From assembly GCA_018238545.1 (NCBI GenBank), contig JABCTC010000071.1:1-11204 (forward strand): DNA of 11,204 nt, read 5' to 3'. A model generated the notes under the pieces. That model was not told where the DNA came from, did no database searches, and worked only from the letters and a program-made list of their open reading frames with translations. Within the stretch, counting starts at the first letter, position 1. The number at the start of each line of letters is the position of its first letter. The position numbers and the translations under genes were made by a program. The stretch comes from Candidatus Heimdallarchaeota archaeon. Its GTDB lineage: Archaea; Asgardarchaeota; Heimdallarchaeia; Heimdallarchaeales; Heimdallarchaeaceae. Of this stretch, positions 1 to 8,051 are shown in pieces.

Positions 1-3000
1 TAATAGTAAGAAAAGATTTGTTGAGTAATGTAAGCTTGATCTGTTTTGAAAGGTTGAACAGAGATATAATGAGTTCCTGCAGTTTGAGGAATAGGGATTA
101 AACTCAAATCAGAAAAAGTTCCTATAAGATTGTGATCTAAATAAAGATTATATTGTAAATCGTTTGTCTCGCTTTCAAGTAGAACAGAGTTTTGAATTGT
201 TGTGTAAGGCATTTCTTCTAAATGAATTAATCTTATTTCTTCTATCCAGAAAAACTCATCAGCTTCAAAATTACCAGAAGAATCATAAAGCCAAAGATAG
301 AGAGCTGTTTCCGTACCACTCCAGTCAGTGTCATCAATATCAAAAATTAGTTTGTGAAAGACATTAGCTACACCAATTTCTGTTTTTGCGGTTATAGCTT
401 GATTGCCACTTTCAGCAAACATTATTTGTAAATTATCTTCGTTGGTTTTGATAATGATCTCTATCCGAGTATAAGTAGAAGCGTCTATTGATAATGTAGA
501 ACTTGTTTTTATTCTTGTATAAGCATCAGTTCCAGTAATGCCGATTTTAAATGAACCATCTTCTAATGCAAATGTTTGAGAACCTGTGCTTGCCATCCAA
601 CCATCAAGATTATTTCCATCATTATATACATCGTATTCCTCAAAATCCCAAGCATCGAGCAATACATCTGTCGCATAGTCATTTGTTTCTTCAAGCCAAG
701 AATCAACGTGAGTATATAAAACATAATCAATTCTCCAGAGAGTATTAGTCGTAAAAGTACCAGCGTCAGAATCAAAATATATTTGTATATTTGTTCCTAT
801 TTCACCATTCCAATTTAATTCGTCTGTAAGAATTGCCCATTCATTTAAAGTAGGATAGAGATTTGATGAATATTCCAATGTTGGAGCACCTTTTCTAATC
901 CTCAAATAGGGTGTATCAGTTGTATCATTAACCCAAACTCTAACTGCTACATAATCATAATAAGAAGAATCAAAAGAAATATCTAATATCGTGAGTCTTG
1001 CATAACCTCTGGTAGCTTGAGTACTACATTCAATATAACCGTTCAATTCTTGTTTAGTATAAAGATATGTAGAAGTCATTTCCAACATATCCCCTTCGCT
1101 AAAATCCCAAGCATCACCTAGAACTGTTTCAGCAAAATCAGTATGTGTAGGAACAGAGGGAGTGAAATGATAAGCCGATAGAAAAGCATCACTTGTAATA
1201 AGTATATAATCGAGTAAAAATTCTTCGTTGCCTTCGAAAACATCTGTTTCATAAAAAGGCATTTCTATTTGTGTTACTGTTCCATCGTGATTATTTGATT
1301 GTCTTAAATCATAATGATAAGTAGTAAAAGTTGAAGGAACATCCTCACTTGCAACAACTTGTAATGCGCCACCAATAATAGTTTTAAAAGCGTGATTATT
1401 AATGGTTATATCTACATTTGCCCCAGCACTGATACTATAAACTAAATGATAATAATCATCAGTATCATAACTTATACCACTCCGATAAAGAATATCATAC
1501 GTAGCTCCTGAAGCAACTATACCTGAAAAAATCCCTCCAGAAACAGTCATAGTAGGCAAACCACCGAGAGATTCGGTATCTCCTTCGTCAAAATCAATAG
1601 AATCGCCATAAGTTTCGTAAAACATCTCACCAAAACGATTAGAGGTAGAATAAGCATAAGCAACATACTCTTTTTGCTCTAACGCTTGAGTGAAAGAATA
1701 AGTTGCTATACCATAAGCATCAGTTGTTACAGTTGTTTTCATAACTAAATCATTCAAATCTGAAAGAGTTGCAGTTTCACCTAGATTTGTTCTACTCCAA
1801 AGTTCAAGTTCTAAATTAGTAAAAGGCATTACTGGATTCTTGTAACCATCCCAAGAGATGAGAGTAGATTCTATCATTGATTCAGAGTAACCAAAAGTCT
1901 CTATAGTTGTAGAAGTTTGAAAGATCCTAAAGTTGTCGAAAAAGTTTGTTAGATCAACATCAGCTAAAGTTGTTGTAAGAGTAACTGTATCAGTATGTGT
2001 AAAAATAAACTCTGTTATCCATCTATCTATTACAGATCCATCATTAGTGACAGTTTGATCATCTGTTGTTAATACCATCGTTCCAGTTTGTAGATAAACA
2101 GAATAAGATAGATAATAATCATTTTCAGGAAGAGTTAAAGTAATCTCACTTCCAAGTTGTTTAATCTCGATATAACTGACATAAATTCTATCACCAGCAG
2201 CTGAATACCATCCTGAATCACCAAAATAAATATCTATTTTGTCAATAGTTTTTCCTGCTGTTATATCAAAAGAAAATTCTTCCATAGTGTATGCAGGGAT
2301 TAATTCAGTGTAATCTTGTGTTGAAGCATCACTAAAGTGTAAAGTTATCTTTACTCGATCTACACTCGTTCCACTTGTATAAATTTCACTTGTAAAAATA
2401 GTATAATTATCTGTATTGATTGCTAAGTTGTCTCGTCTAGCGCCAAGATTAGTTCCCCCCCCAGCTTCATATAACCTTAATTTCCATTCACCATATTGTT
2501 CAAACCTATCAATAGTATCCAAACCATTCAGCTTTATATCAAATTCTTCGACATCTACTTCAAAGTCACAAGCATCGCCTGAATCCGCAAAAAAATCAAT
2601 CACACCACCAACATCTAAAGAAGAAAAACCATCAAAAGAGACTTGGGTATTCAAACTTAAATTACCATAATCGACTGACCAATCATTGAGATAGTTGCCC
2701 GTTTCAAAACTTATATCCTCTAGATATTGATGAGAGGCGTCTTTTATGGCGAGATGATTCTGGCAAATAGAAGTAAATAACATCTGATAAGTGATCTCAA
2801 CTGGATTAGCTATTTTCCAACAATCAGAAACTCTAGTAACTGTTGTTGTTGGAGTTATCGATGAATAATCAAGATCCGTGTAGACTCGAATCTCTTTCGC
2901 ATGAGGTACTGAAGGGATGTCAATCGAGATAGTTTTTACAGTTGGACCAGAGTACTGAACTTCGCTACGGATGTGATTAACAATAGTATCTCTTTGAAAA

Positions 3001-3761
3001 TAAAGATAATCTATATTAAATTCAAAAGCCATTAAATTAGTTTGGGTTACACTTGTCTTTTTGTTTGAATCAAATGTGTTTTTACCTGTAGTAGTTATTT
3101 TTGCTATGATTAAATTTAATTCGTCTGCGTCTGGGTCAACATAAATATTTAATCCAATTTGAACATATCCTTGAGAATCCAGATCAGAACTTTCAAGTTC
3201 ATAGGTGTCAATTAGCGGATCAGTTGCAATAAAACCTGTTGGAGAAGTAAAGAATTTACCGTAAAATTCATAATTAAGCGTTCCTGAACCACCACAAAAT
3301 AATTTAAAGGTAGCATGAAAACCATGCGTTTCACTCATTACTACACTTGTATCGAGTTGGCTGTTAATTATTGTATATTGACTATTATCTGTCCAAATAT
3401 TCCAACTACTTGCAACATAAGTGTAAGCATCCAAAAATGAAGCAGTTCCACCTGTTAGAGTCCAAAATTCGTATATTGGATTGTTGTAAAAATCAATAGT
3501 TTCTGGATTGAACTCTATATCCGTTTTTATACTTTCAGAATTGTAAACTTGATTAAAATCTATAACAGATTTTGTTGCAGGATGTTCTATAATTGAATCA
3601 TATATTGGTTTTGGAGCTGTAAAAATATCTTGTGATTCATTTGTTTGAGGATCTTCCGCAAAATTTGTTAATGGACCATCGGGTATAGAACAAAACACCA
3701 TACCGATAAATAAGCTCATAATTATTATTGCAGTAATTTTTGTTTTTTTGATTGAGATCAT
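1..3761 (-). CDS. Large (>1253 aa, 3'-truncated) secreted/surface adhesin-like protein with repeated CBM-like (galactose-binding-like jelly-roll) domains; candidate receptor-binding/spike protein
   Basis: I translated it by hand from ATG 3761 (GGAGAG upstream). It is open with no stop to the window edge: MISIKKTKITAIIIMSLFIGMVFCSIPDGP...QQIFSYY. It has a basic plus hydrophobic N-terminal signal/anchor and an acidic, Thr/Ser/Tyr-rich beta-type composition. Four repeats begin GDACDFE, GDSIDFDEGD, GDAWDFSEGD and LDAWDFEEYD. It is absent from the ORF track, presumably because its stop lies outside the window. Confidence 0.9.
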   Translation of the reverse strand, partial: MISIKKTKITAIIIMSLFIGMVFCSIPDGPLTNFAEDPQTNESQDIFTAPKPIYDSIIEHPATKSVIDFNQVYNSESIKTDIEFNPETIDFYNNPIYEFWTLTGGTASFLDAYTYVASSWNIWTDNSQYTIINSQLDTSVVMSETHGFHATFKLFCGGSGTLNYEFYGKFFTSPTGFIATDPLIDTYELESSDLDSQGYVQIGLNIYVDPDADELNLIIAKITTTGKNTFDSNKKTSVTQTNLMAFEFNIDYLYFQRDTIVNHIRSEVQYSGPTVKTISIDIPSVPHAKEIRVYTDLDYSSITPTTTVTRVSDCWKIANPVEITYQMLFTSICQNHLAIKDASHQYLEDISFETGNYLNDWSVDYGNLSLNTQVSFDGFSSLDVGGVIDFFADSGDACDFEVDVEEFDIKLNGLDTIDRFEQYGEWKLRLYEAGGGTNLGARRDNLAINTDNYTIFTSEIYTSGTSVDRVKITLHFSDASTQDYTELIPAYTMEEFSFDITAGKTIDKIDIYFGDSGWYSAAGDRIYVSYIEIKQLGSEITLTLPENDYYLSYSVYLQTGTMVLTTDDQTVTNDGSVIDRWITEFIFTHTDTVTLTTTLADVDLTNFFDNFRIFQTSTTIETFGYSESMIESTLISWDGYKNPVMPFTNLELELWSRTNLGETATLSDLNDLVMKTTVTTDAYGIATYSFTQALEQKEYVAYAYSTSNRFGEMFYETYGDSIDFDEGDTESLGGLPTMTVSGGIFSGIVASGATYDILYRSGISYDTDDYYHLVYSISAGANVDITINNHAFKTIIGGALQVVASEDVPSTFTTYHYDLRQSNNHDGTVTQIEMPFYETDVFEGNEEFLLDYILITSDAFLSAYHFTPSVPTHTDFAETVLGDAWDFSEGDMLEMTSTYLYTKQELNGYIECSTQATRGYARLTILDISFDSSYYDYVAVRVWVNDTTDTPYLRIRKGAPTLEYSSNLYPTLNEWAILTDELNWNGEIGTNIQIYFDSDAGTFTTNTLWRIDYVLYTHVDSWLEETNDYATDVLLDAWDFEEYDVYNDGNNLDGWMASTGSQTFALEDGSFKIGITGTDAYTRIKTSSTLSIDASTYTRIEIIIKTNEDNLQIMFAESGNQAITAKTEIGVANVFHKLIFDIDDTDWSGTETALYLWLYDSSGNFEADEFFWIEEIRLIHLEEMPYTTIQNSVLLESETNDLQYNLYLDHNLIGTFSDLSLIPIPQTAGTHYISVQPFKTDQAYITQQIFSYY
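220..1610 (-). repeat. Three tandem ~140-150 aa protein-domain repeats (a fourth copy at ~2160-2580)
   Basis: Shared pattern DxxDFxExD ... (Y/F/I)DxxxY ... (H/W)xG ... (L/I)(D/E)(Y/E)(I/V). The exact 15-bp sequence AAAATCCCAAGCATC occurs at 642-656 and 1101-1115. Confidence 0.8.
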
Positions 3762-3813
3762 CTTTTTTTTCTCTCCATTGTTGATTAGTTCTAGATATTA
3801 TCAGAAAACATAG

Positions 3814-4401
3814 TTATTTCCTTCTTTTAATCAGATAAACAACCAAACCTATCACTATCAATCCAACAACAGCAGAACCGATATAGATGTAGAGCAAAGG
3901 AATTGTTCTAGGTGTATTGTCGATTGTCAATTCATGCCAATCAGTAAAAGCTGTGTCAACTTTTGATATTTGTTTGACATCACCGACATAGTATAGAAAG
4001 CCTGTATCATATTGTAGTTGGAAGGTTAATGTAACAATCTCATCTTCTACACCATCTAGAAGCGTAGTTGTGTCGATAGAAATGGTAATTGAATCAGGTC
4101 TGCCTAATGCTTCACCATATTCAGGGTCATCAAGACTGGGTTCTTGTATAGTTGCATATTTTACACTAGATGATAATTTATAGTTCAGAAATATTCTAGG
4201 GCCATAGAGACAATCTGCTTCTGCTTCATAATCAAATGTGATGGTTATAGCAAGTATGTCACCCAATTTGACTGTTTCAGGATAAGTTATAATTGAAGTA
4301 GTGTCTAGAACTATTCCAGCACTTGTATTCATCCCAGCCAAGAATAGACCTACTATTATAATTAGAGGGATTAATGTTTTTGTTTTATTTTTCATTTTCA
4401 T
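3814..4401 (-). CDS. Type-I membrane protein, paralog group A (signal peptide, one Ig-like beta domain, C-terminal TM, KRRK tail), 195 aa
   Basis: Signal ends ...NTSA|G. TM LLYIYIGSAVVGLIVIGLVVYLI is followed by KRRK. It shares YPET..G....IT..FDY....C(x)LYG....L.Y and P.S..I..DT with 4904..5476. ATGA overlap with the upstream gene. Confidence 0.85.
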   Translation of the reverse strand: MKMKNKTKTLIPLIIIVGLFLAGMNTSAGIVLDTTSIITYPETVKLGDILAITITFDYEAEADCLYGPRIFLNYKLSSSVKYATIQEPSLDDPEYGEALGRPDSITISIDTTTLLDGVEDEIVTLTFQLQYDTGFLYYVGDVKQISKVDTAFTDWHELTIDNTPRTIPLLYIYIGSAVVGLIVIGLVVYLIKRRK

Positions 4402-4907
4402 TTCTTTTTCCTCCTAATTACTACGTATATAGCAATAACAATTATTGCTACTCCACCAACTATGAGTATTATTTCTGTTGCAGAGAGTACAGGTCTTGAG
4501 CCACCCAGCACAATAAATTGATACCATTCATCAACAGCATAATCATAACCATACTTCTCATTTTGCAGTTGGAAGCTTATGATCAGTTTATATTGAACTA
4601 TATCATCTTCATCAAACGAACCTAAGTCATATGTGAGTGTATTTTCGAGCATAGGCAAAGATTCTTCTGGATAGATAGAAGTTATCTGACCATTTATTGA
4701 GCAACTCATTTTAGCAGTGATAATCTCTTCATCACGAACCATACCAGAAATGATTGCATTAACATAAACATTTTCTTCCGCATAAACATCTCCTAGCGGA
4801 CTTCTAGTTATACTTACAGTGTAAACTGAAGCACTTGTTTCTAGTACGGTAGGTAGAAGTATAGTTAGACAGATTATGATCATTAAACTTGTTCTTTTTA
4901 ATTTCAT
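4398..4907 (-). CDS. Type-I membrane protein, paralog group B (signal peptide, Ig/FnIII-like domain, C-terminal TM, RRKKK tail), 169 aa
   Basis: Signal ends ...ETSA|S. LPML..T..LGSFDEDDIVQY matches LPTML..T..IGPFDEGDIIIY in 5473..6024. GGTGA SD and ATGA overlap. Confidence 0.85.
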   Translation of the reverse strand: MKLKRTSLMIIICLTILLPTVLETSASVYTVSITRSPLGDVYAEENVYVNAIISGMVRDEEIITAKMSCSINGQITSIYPEESLPMLENTLTYDLGSFDEDDIVQYKLIISFQLQNEKYGYDYAVDEWYQFIVLGGSRPVLSATEIILIVGGVAIIVIAIYVVIRRKKK

Positions 4908-5476
4908 CTCATATCACCAATCTTTCGTTTCTTTTGAACAACAAATACAGCACACAGAAATAGAAGAGCAATTGGAATACTTATCAAAAAGAAACTTATT
5001 TTATTTGGATTTTCTATTAACATCAAATCGTAATTATCTGAGGTTACTGTTCCCACGTCATAATAGTTGCCACTAAATTCAAAATACAGTCCTTGTCGAA
5101 ATCTAATTCTGAAACGGAATGTGTCGTTTATCTCACAATTAAAGACACCTGTATCAACTTCTATGACTACACTTGAAGGATTGGGTGTAGGCGCATTATC
5201 TAAGTCTTTTATTGATACAGCAAAGTATTGTTCAGAAGTGAAATCGACTATAGGATTAAGACCTACCGCGTAGTACAGATAAACATAATCACCATAAAGA
5301 GAACAAGAATCATAAGCATAGTCAAAATTGACTGTTATTTCAAATGTTTTGCCGATTATTGCTGTTTCAGGATAAGTAACACCTTCTATGGTAGTATAAT
5401 ATGCTTCAGTATAAAGACAAGAAGACATTAAACAAACCATTATAACACTAAGTAGTATTATTGATTTGTTTTTCAT
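4904..5476 (-). CDS. Type-I membrane protein, paralog group A, 190 aa
   Basis: Signal ends ...YTEA|Y. Contains YPETAIIGKTFEITVNFDYAYDSCSLYG. TM ISFFLISIPIALLFLCAVFVV is followed by QKKRK. AGGAG SD and ATGA overlap. Confidence 0.85.
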   Translation of the reverse strand: MKNKSIILLSVIMVCLMSSCLYTEAYYTTIEGVTYPETAIIGKTFEITVNFDYAYDSCSLYGDYVYLYYAVGLNPIVDFTSEQYFAVSIKDLDNAPTPNPSSVVIEVDTGVFNCEINDTFRFRIRFRQGLYFEFSGNYYDVGTVTSDNYDLMLIENPNKISFFLISIPIALLFLCAVFVVQKKRKIGDMR

Positions 5477-6024
5477 TGGCTTGCTCTCCTTTTCTTAAAT
5501 ACATAAGCAATACCAAGCAAAATCACCAAAACTCCTATACTTATTGCAGTGTAAATAACCCAAGCAGGTATTTCCCCAGGAACAGGTACTGGAGGGATAT
5601 CTTGTGAAAACACTTCAAAAGAGGAAGAATCGTCAAAATCCTTAGCATTGTCTAATACTAGATAAACTTGATAGATAATTATATCACCTTCATCAAACGG
5701 ACCTATAGTGAAAGTTATCGGATTTAACATAGTAGGGAGTGTTTGGTCAGTTTTGACAGTAACCAATGGTTCATCGTTTCGCTTAAACTTTAGTTCTGTA
5801 TAAAACCACCAAGATTTAATAAGTACCTTTTCCAGATCATCTCCAGTTTCGGGATCTCTATCAATACTTATGACAACTATATCACCAACCCTGACATTTG
5901 ATTCGTAAGGATCTTGAGACATATCAAAAGTATAGTTGGTCCAAGCTTGAGTTGAAATTGTCAAAGGAACAAGTATGATCATTATCGCTATTAATATCGT
6001 GTTTAATTTTATTTTGTTTTTCAT
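5473..6024 (-). CDS. Type-I membrane protein, paralog group B, 183 aa
   Basis: Signal ends ...STQA|W. Contains the GPFDEGDIIIY motif, a Pro-rich linker IPPVPVPGEIP, then TM plus KKRR. AGGTGA SD upstream. Confidence 0.85.
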   Translation of the reverse strand: MKNKIKLNTILIAIMIILVPLTISTQAWTNYTFDMSQDPYESNVRVGDIVVISIDRDPETGDDLEKVLIKSWWFYTELKFKRNDEPLVTVKTDQTLPTMLNPITFTIGPFDEGDIIIYQVYLVLDNAKDFDDSSSFEVFSQDIPPVPVPGEIPAWVIYTAISIGVLVILLGIAYVFKKRRASQ

Positions 6025-6061
6025 TTCATTTTCACCTTTTTATTTTTAATTTTTCATCACT

Positions 6062-6469
6062 TCATCTGATTTTTTTTGCTCCCTTAACTCCTATAATAAA
6101 TCCCGAATAAAGAACAAAAAGAAATAGAAATGGAATAAGAGCGATCTTTACTTCTTCTACAAATGTTTCTACACCAGAAGTAGAGAACCAGTATATTATC
6201 GTTATTACAACAAAAATGATACCAGATACACTAATAGCTAGAGTTCGGGTGATTTTTTGTAGAAATGTATAAGTAAGAATAGGTAAAGACCAGATTAATC
6301 CGAGAAGAATTAAAGCTTCATACCAATTGTCAAAATTTAATGATTGAGCAATGATATCATATCGAGCTATAGTTATGATACTCGTACCGATAAGACCAAT
6401 CCAATAAAGCGTAAAATAGAAGTAATAATTCTTACCCACGTTTTTCGCTTTGTTGAGTATTTTGCCCAT
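6062..6469 (-). CDS. Integral membrane protein, about 4 TM helices, 135 aa
   Basis: Four hydrophobic segments (YFYFTLYWIGLIGTSIITIA; ALILLGLIWSLPILTYTFL; LAISVSGIIFVVITIIYWF; IALIPFLFLFVLYSGFIIGV) and basic termini. GGAG SD. Confidence 0.85.
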   Translation of the reverse strand: MGKILNKAKNVGKNYYFYFTLYWIGLIGTSIITIARYDIIAQSLNFDNWYEALILLGLIWSLPILTYTFLQKITRTLAISVSGIIFVVITIIYWFSTSGVETFVEEVKIALIPFLFLFVLYSGFIIGVKGAKKIR

Positions 6470-6497
6470 TATGTTTTACTCCATTTCTTTTTTAATT

Positions 6498-6740
6498 TTA
6501 TTCTGCTTTACCCATTAACATCGACAATCCGCTACTCTTGATTTTTGCGTAGATATACAGACCTATGAGAGCTAAAACTATTACACAACCGAGAATGATT
6601 GCTACCCACATAAAAGTATCACCATAAATCCATTCAACTATACTATCAGCACTAGCTGTAGCTGAAACGGTTATCAAACCAAGAAATAGTAAGGTTAAGT
6701 ATGAAATTGCTTTTGTTAATTTGTTTTTCTGTTTATTCAT
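6498..6740 (-). CDS. Small signal-peptide plus single-TM protein (80 aa, ~49 aa mature); candidate coat/pilin subunit
   Basis: MNKQKNKLTK plus a hydrophobic core and ASA|D cleavage-like site. The mature part has an acidic N-terminus (DSIVEWIYGD), TM FMWVAIILGCVIVLALIGLYIYA and a basic KIK C-terminal region. The ORF is well supported, but the function is inference. Confidence 0.8.
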   Translation of the reverse strand: MNKQKNKLTKAISYLTLLFLGLITVSATASADSIVEWIYGDTFMWVAIILGCVIVLALIGLYIYAKIKSSGLSMLMGKAE

Positions 6741-6760
6741 TTTTGATCACATCACTTTAT

Positions 6761-6795
6761 TAAAGAAAAAGGATAAAGGGAGTAAATTCCCTTTA
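6761..6795 (-). terminator. Hairpin plus pyrimidine/T tract at the stop of the 417-aa gene
   Basis: Perfect 8-bp inverted repeat TAAAGGGA (6774-6781) / TCCCTTTA (6788-6795) with a 6-nt loop. On the minus strand it is followed by TCCTTTTTCTTT. Confidence 0.65.
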
Positions 6796-8046
6796 CACTA
6801 TAGCTAAACTCAGAAATGCTGCCACAGCGACATATACAAATGCTGCAACTAGACCGACACCTAGACCAACAAGAACTGAAATTAATGCACGATTCTTACC
6901 ATCTCTAACAAGGTATGTGATTATACCGATAAGAACTGCTGTTCCAAGACCGATAAACAGAGCCCAGCCGATATTAACTGTTGAAGTAATACCAGCTATT
7001 AAGTCTCCGAGTTGCATTGATCCCACTGCGACAGTCATAGCGTCATCAACAGTATTTCCAGTACAAACATCAGTTTTAATGTCTAAGTTGAAAGTATATG
7101 TCGTAGATGTTTGTTCAAATCCGAAGAATGGACTATCTGCTGTTATTGGATGAGAATCTAATTCAACTGTAGATTGACTTGCAATATGTTCGCCAATAAA
7201 TCCGATAGCTGCGTTTCTCATTGATACGAGTCGTTTTGTACCATTAACAGAAGTATCTGTACTATTTGTTTTCAAAACAGCTTCAATTTCCTCAGAAATT
7301 GTTATACCTGTCTCTAATTCAGTGTTATTAACAGTTGAATAAAACAGATCCAACAGAAAATCAGGCCAGACGTCATCGAGCAAAGTCGTTATCATTTGTT
7401 TATCAGTTGAATGTTCATCAGATATCAATGCATAACCGTCTTTTGACATTGCTTCTGCAAAGAATATGTCAACCAATACTTTATCTAATGTAAACACAAT
7501 GTAAGCTTTTCTACAATCGAAATGTGTGATATTCCAATCTGGATCATAATCTTGAAGGTCAGCGACGATTGTATCATTAAAAGCTTCATCTCTAGTGTAT
7601 GTAAACGTAGTAATGTCTCTGTCAACATCATATTGAGAAAAGTCTTCCTCAGAAATCCCTTGTAGTGTCTGATATATTCCAGCACCACTAGATAAATCTA
7701 ATTTTGAAGCTATATCGCTTGAAAATTCTCGTGTTATCCCATCGCTTAGATAATCGCTAGGTGCAAGATCTTGTTCAAAGAATGTGTTTTCTGCTAAACT
7801 AAAAGGTACCTGTGTATCATTATATGTATCATCAAGTCCAATAAGATATTCTATTGAAGACAAAGTCATTACAGACGCAGAAACTTCTGGTTGATATCCT
7901 GAAAGTACTACATACGGTGAAATATAAAACACCGAATCAGGATTAACAACCTCAGCATTAGCGATTTGTACAGTGTTAGCAACACTTAAAAAACTCAAAA
8001 TCATTAATGCTAAAAAACTTGTTGTTAAAAATTTTTTATTTTTCAT
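6793..8046 (-). CDS. Secreted acidic glycoprotein-like protein with two C-terminal TM helices (417 aa); candidate major envelope/surface protein
   Basis: ATG 8046 is preferred over GTG 8055 because AGGTGG then serves as the SD. Signal ends ...IANA|E. Six N-x-S/T sequons (NDT, NDT, NIT, NNT, NST, NGT). The C-terminal hairpin is IGWALFIGLGTAVLIGIITYLV-RDGKNR-ALISVLVGLGVGLVAAFVYVAVAAFLSLAIV. Confidence 0.85.
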   Translation of the reverse strand: MKNKKFLTTSFLALMILSFLSVANTVQIANAEVVNPDSVFYISPYVVLSGYQPEVSASVMTLSSIEYLIGLDDTYNDTQVPFSLAENTFFEQDLAPSDYLSDGITREFSSDIASKLDLSSGAGIYQTLQGISEEDFSQYDVDRDITTFTYTRDEAFNDTIVADLQDYDPDWNITHFDCRKAYIVFTLDKVLVDIFFAEAMSKDGYALISDEHSTDKQMITTLLDDVWPDFLLDLFYSTVNNTELETGITISEEIEAVLKTNSTDTSVNGTKRLVSMRNAAIGFIGEHIASQSTVELDSHPITADSPFFGFEQTSTTYTFNLDIKTDVCTGNTVDDAMTVAVGSMQLGDLIAGITSTVNIGWALFIGLGTAVLIGIITYLVRDGKNRALISVLVGLGVGLVAAFVYVAVAAFLSLAIV

Positions 8047-8051
8047 ATTTT

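Noticed and set aside
642-1115. 15-bp direct repeat as att site, CRISPR repeat or DGR TR/VR pair
   Set aside because: Both copies encode the DAWDF motif of protein repeats. There is no regular spacer array, adenine-specific mismatch pattern or reverse transcriptase.
164-2670. Track ORFs 164..367(+), 551..748(+), 563..775(-), 2416..2670(+)
   Set aside because: All lie inside the >1253-aa minus-strand ORF and are shadow or alternative-frame ORFs without protein-like features.
3814-6024. Archaeosortase/exosortase (PGF-CTERM, PEF-CTERM) substrates
   Set aside because: TM plus basic tails are present, but there is no conserved PGF/PEF/PEP motif before the TM.
6793-8046. Fusexin (Fsx1/HAP2) or pleolipovirus spike assignment
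   Set aside because: The ectodomain is short with only two Cys and I recognise no family motif. It cannot be assigned without structure prediction.
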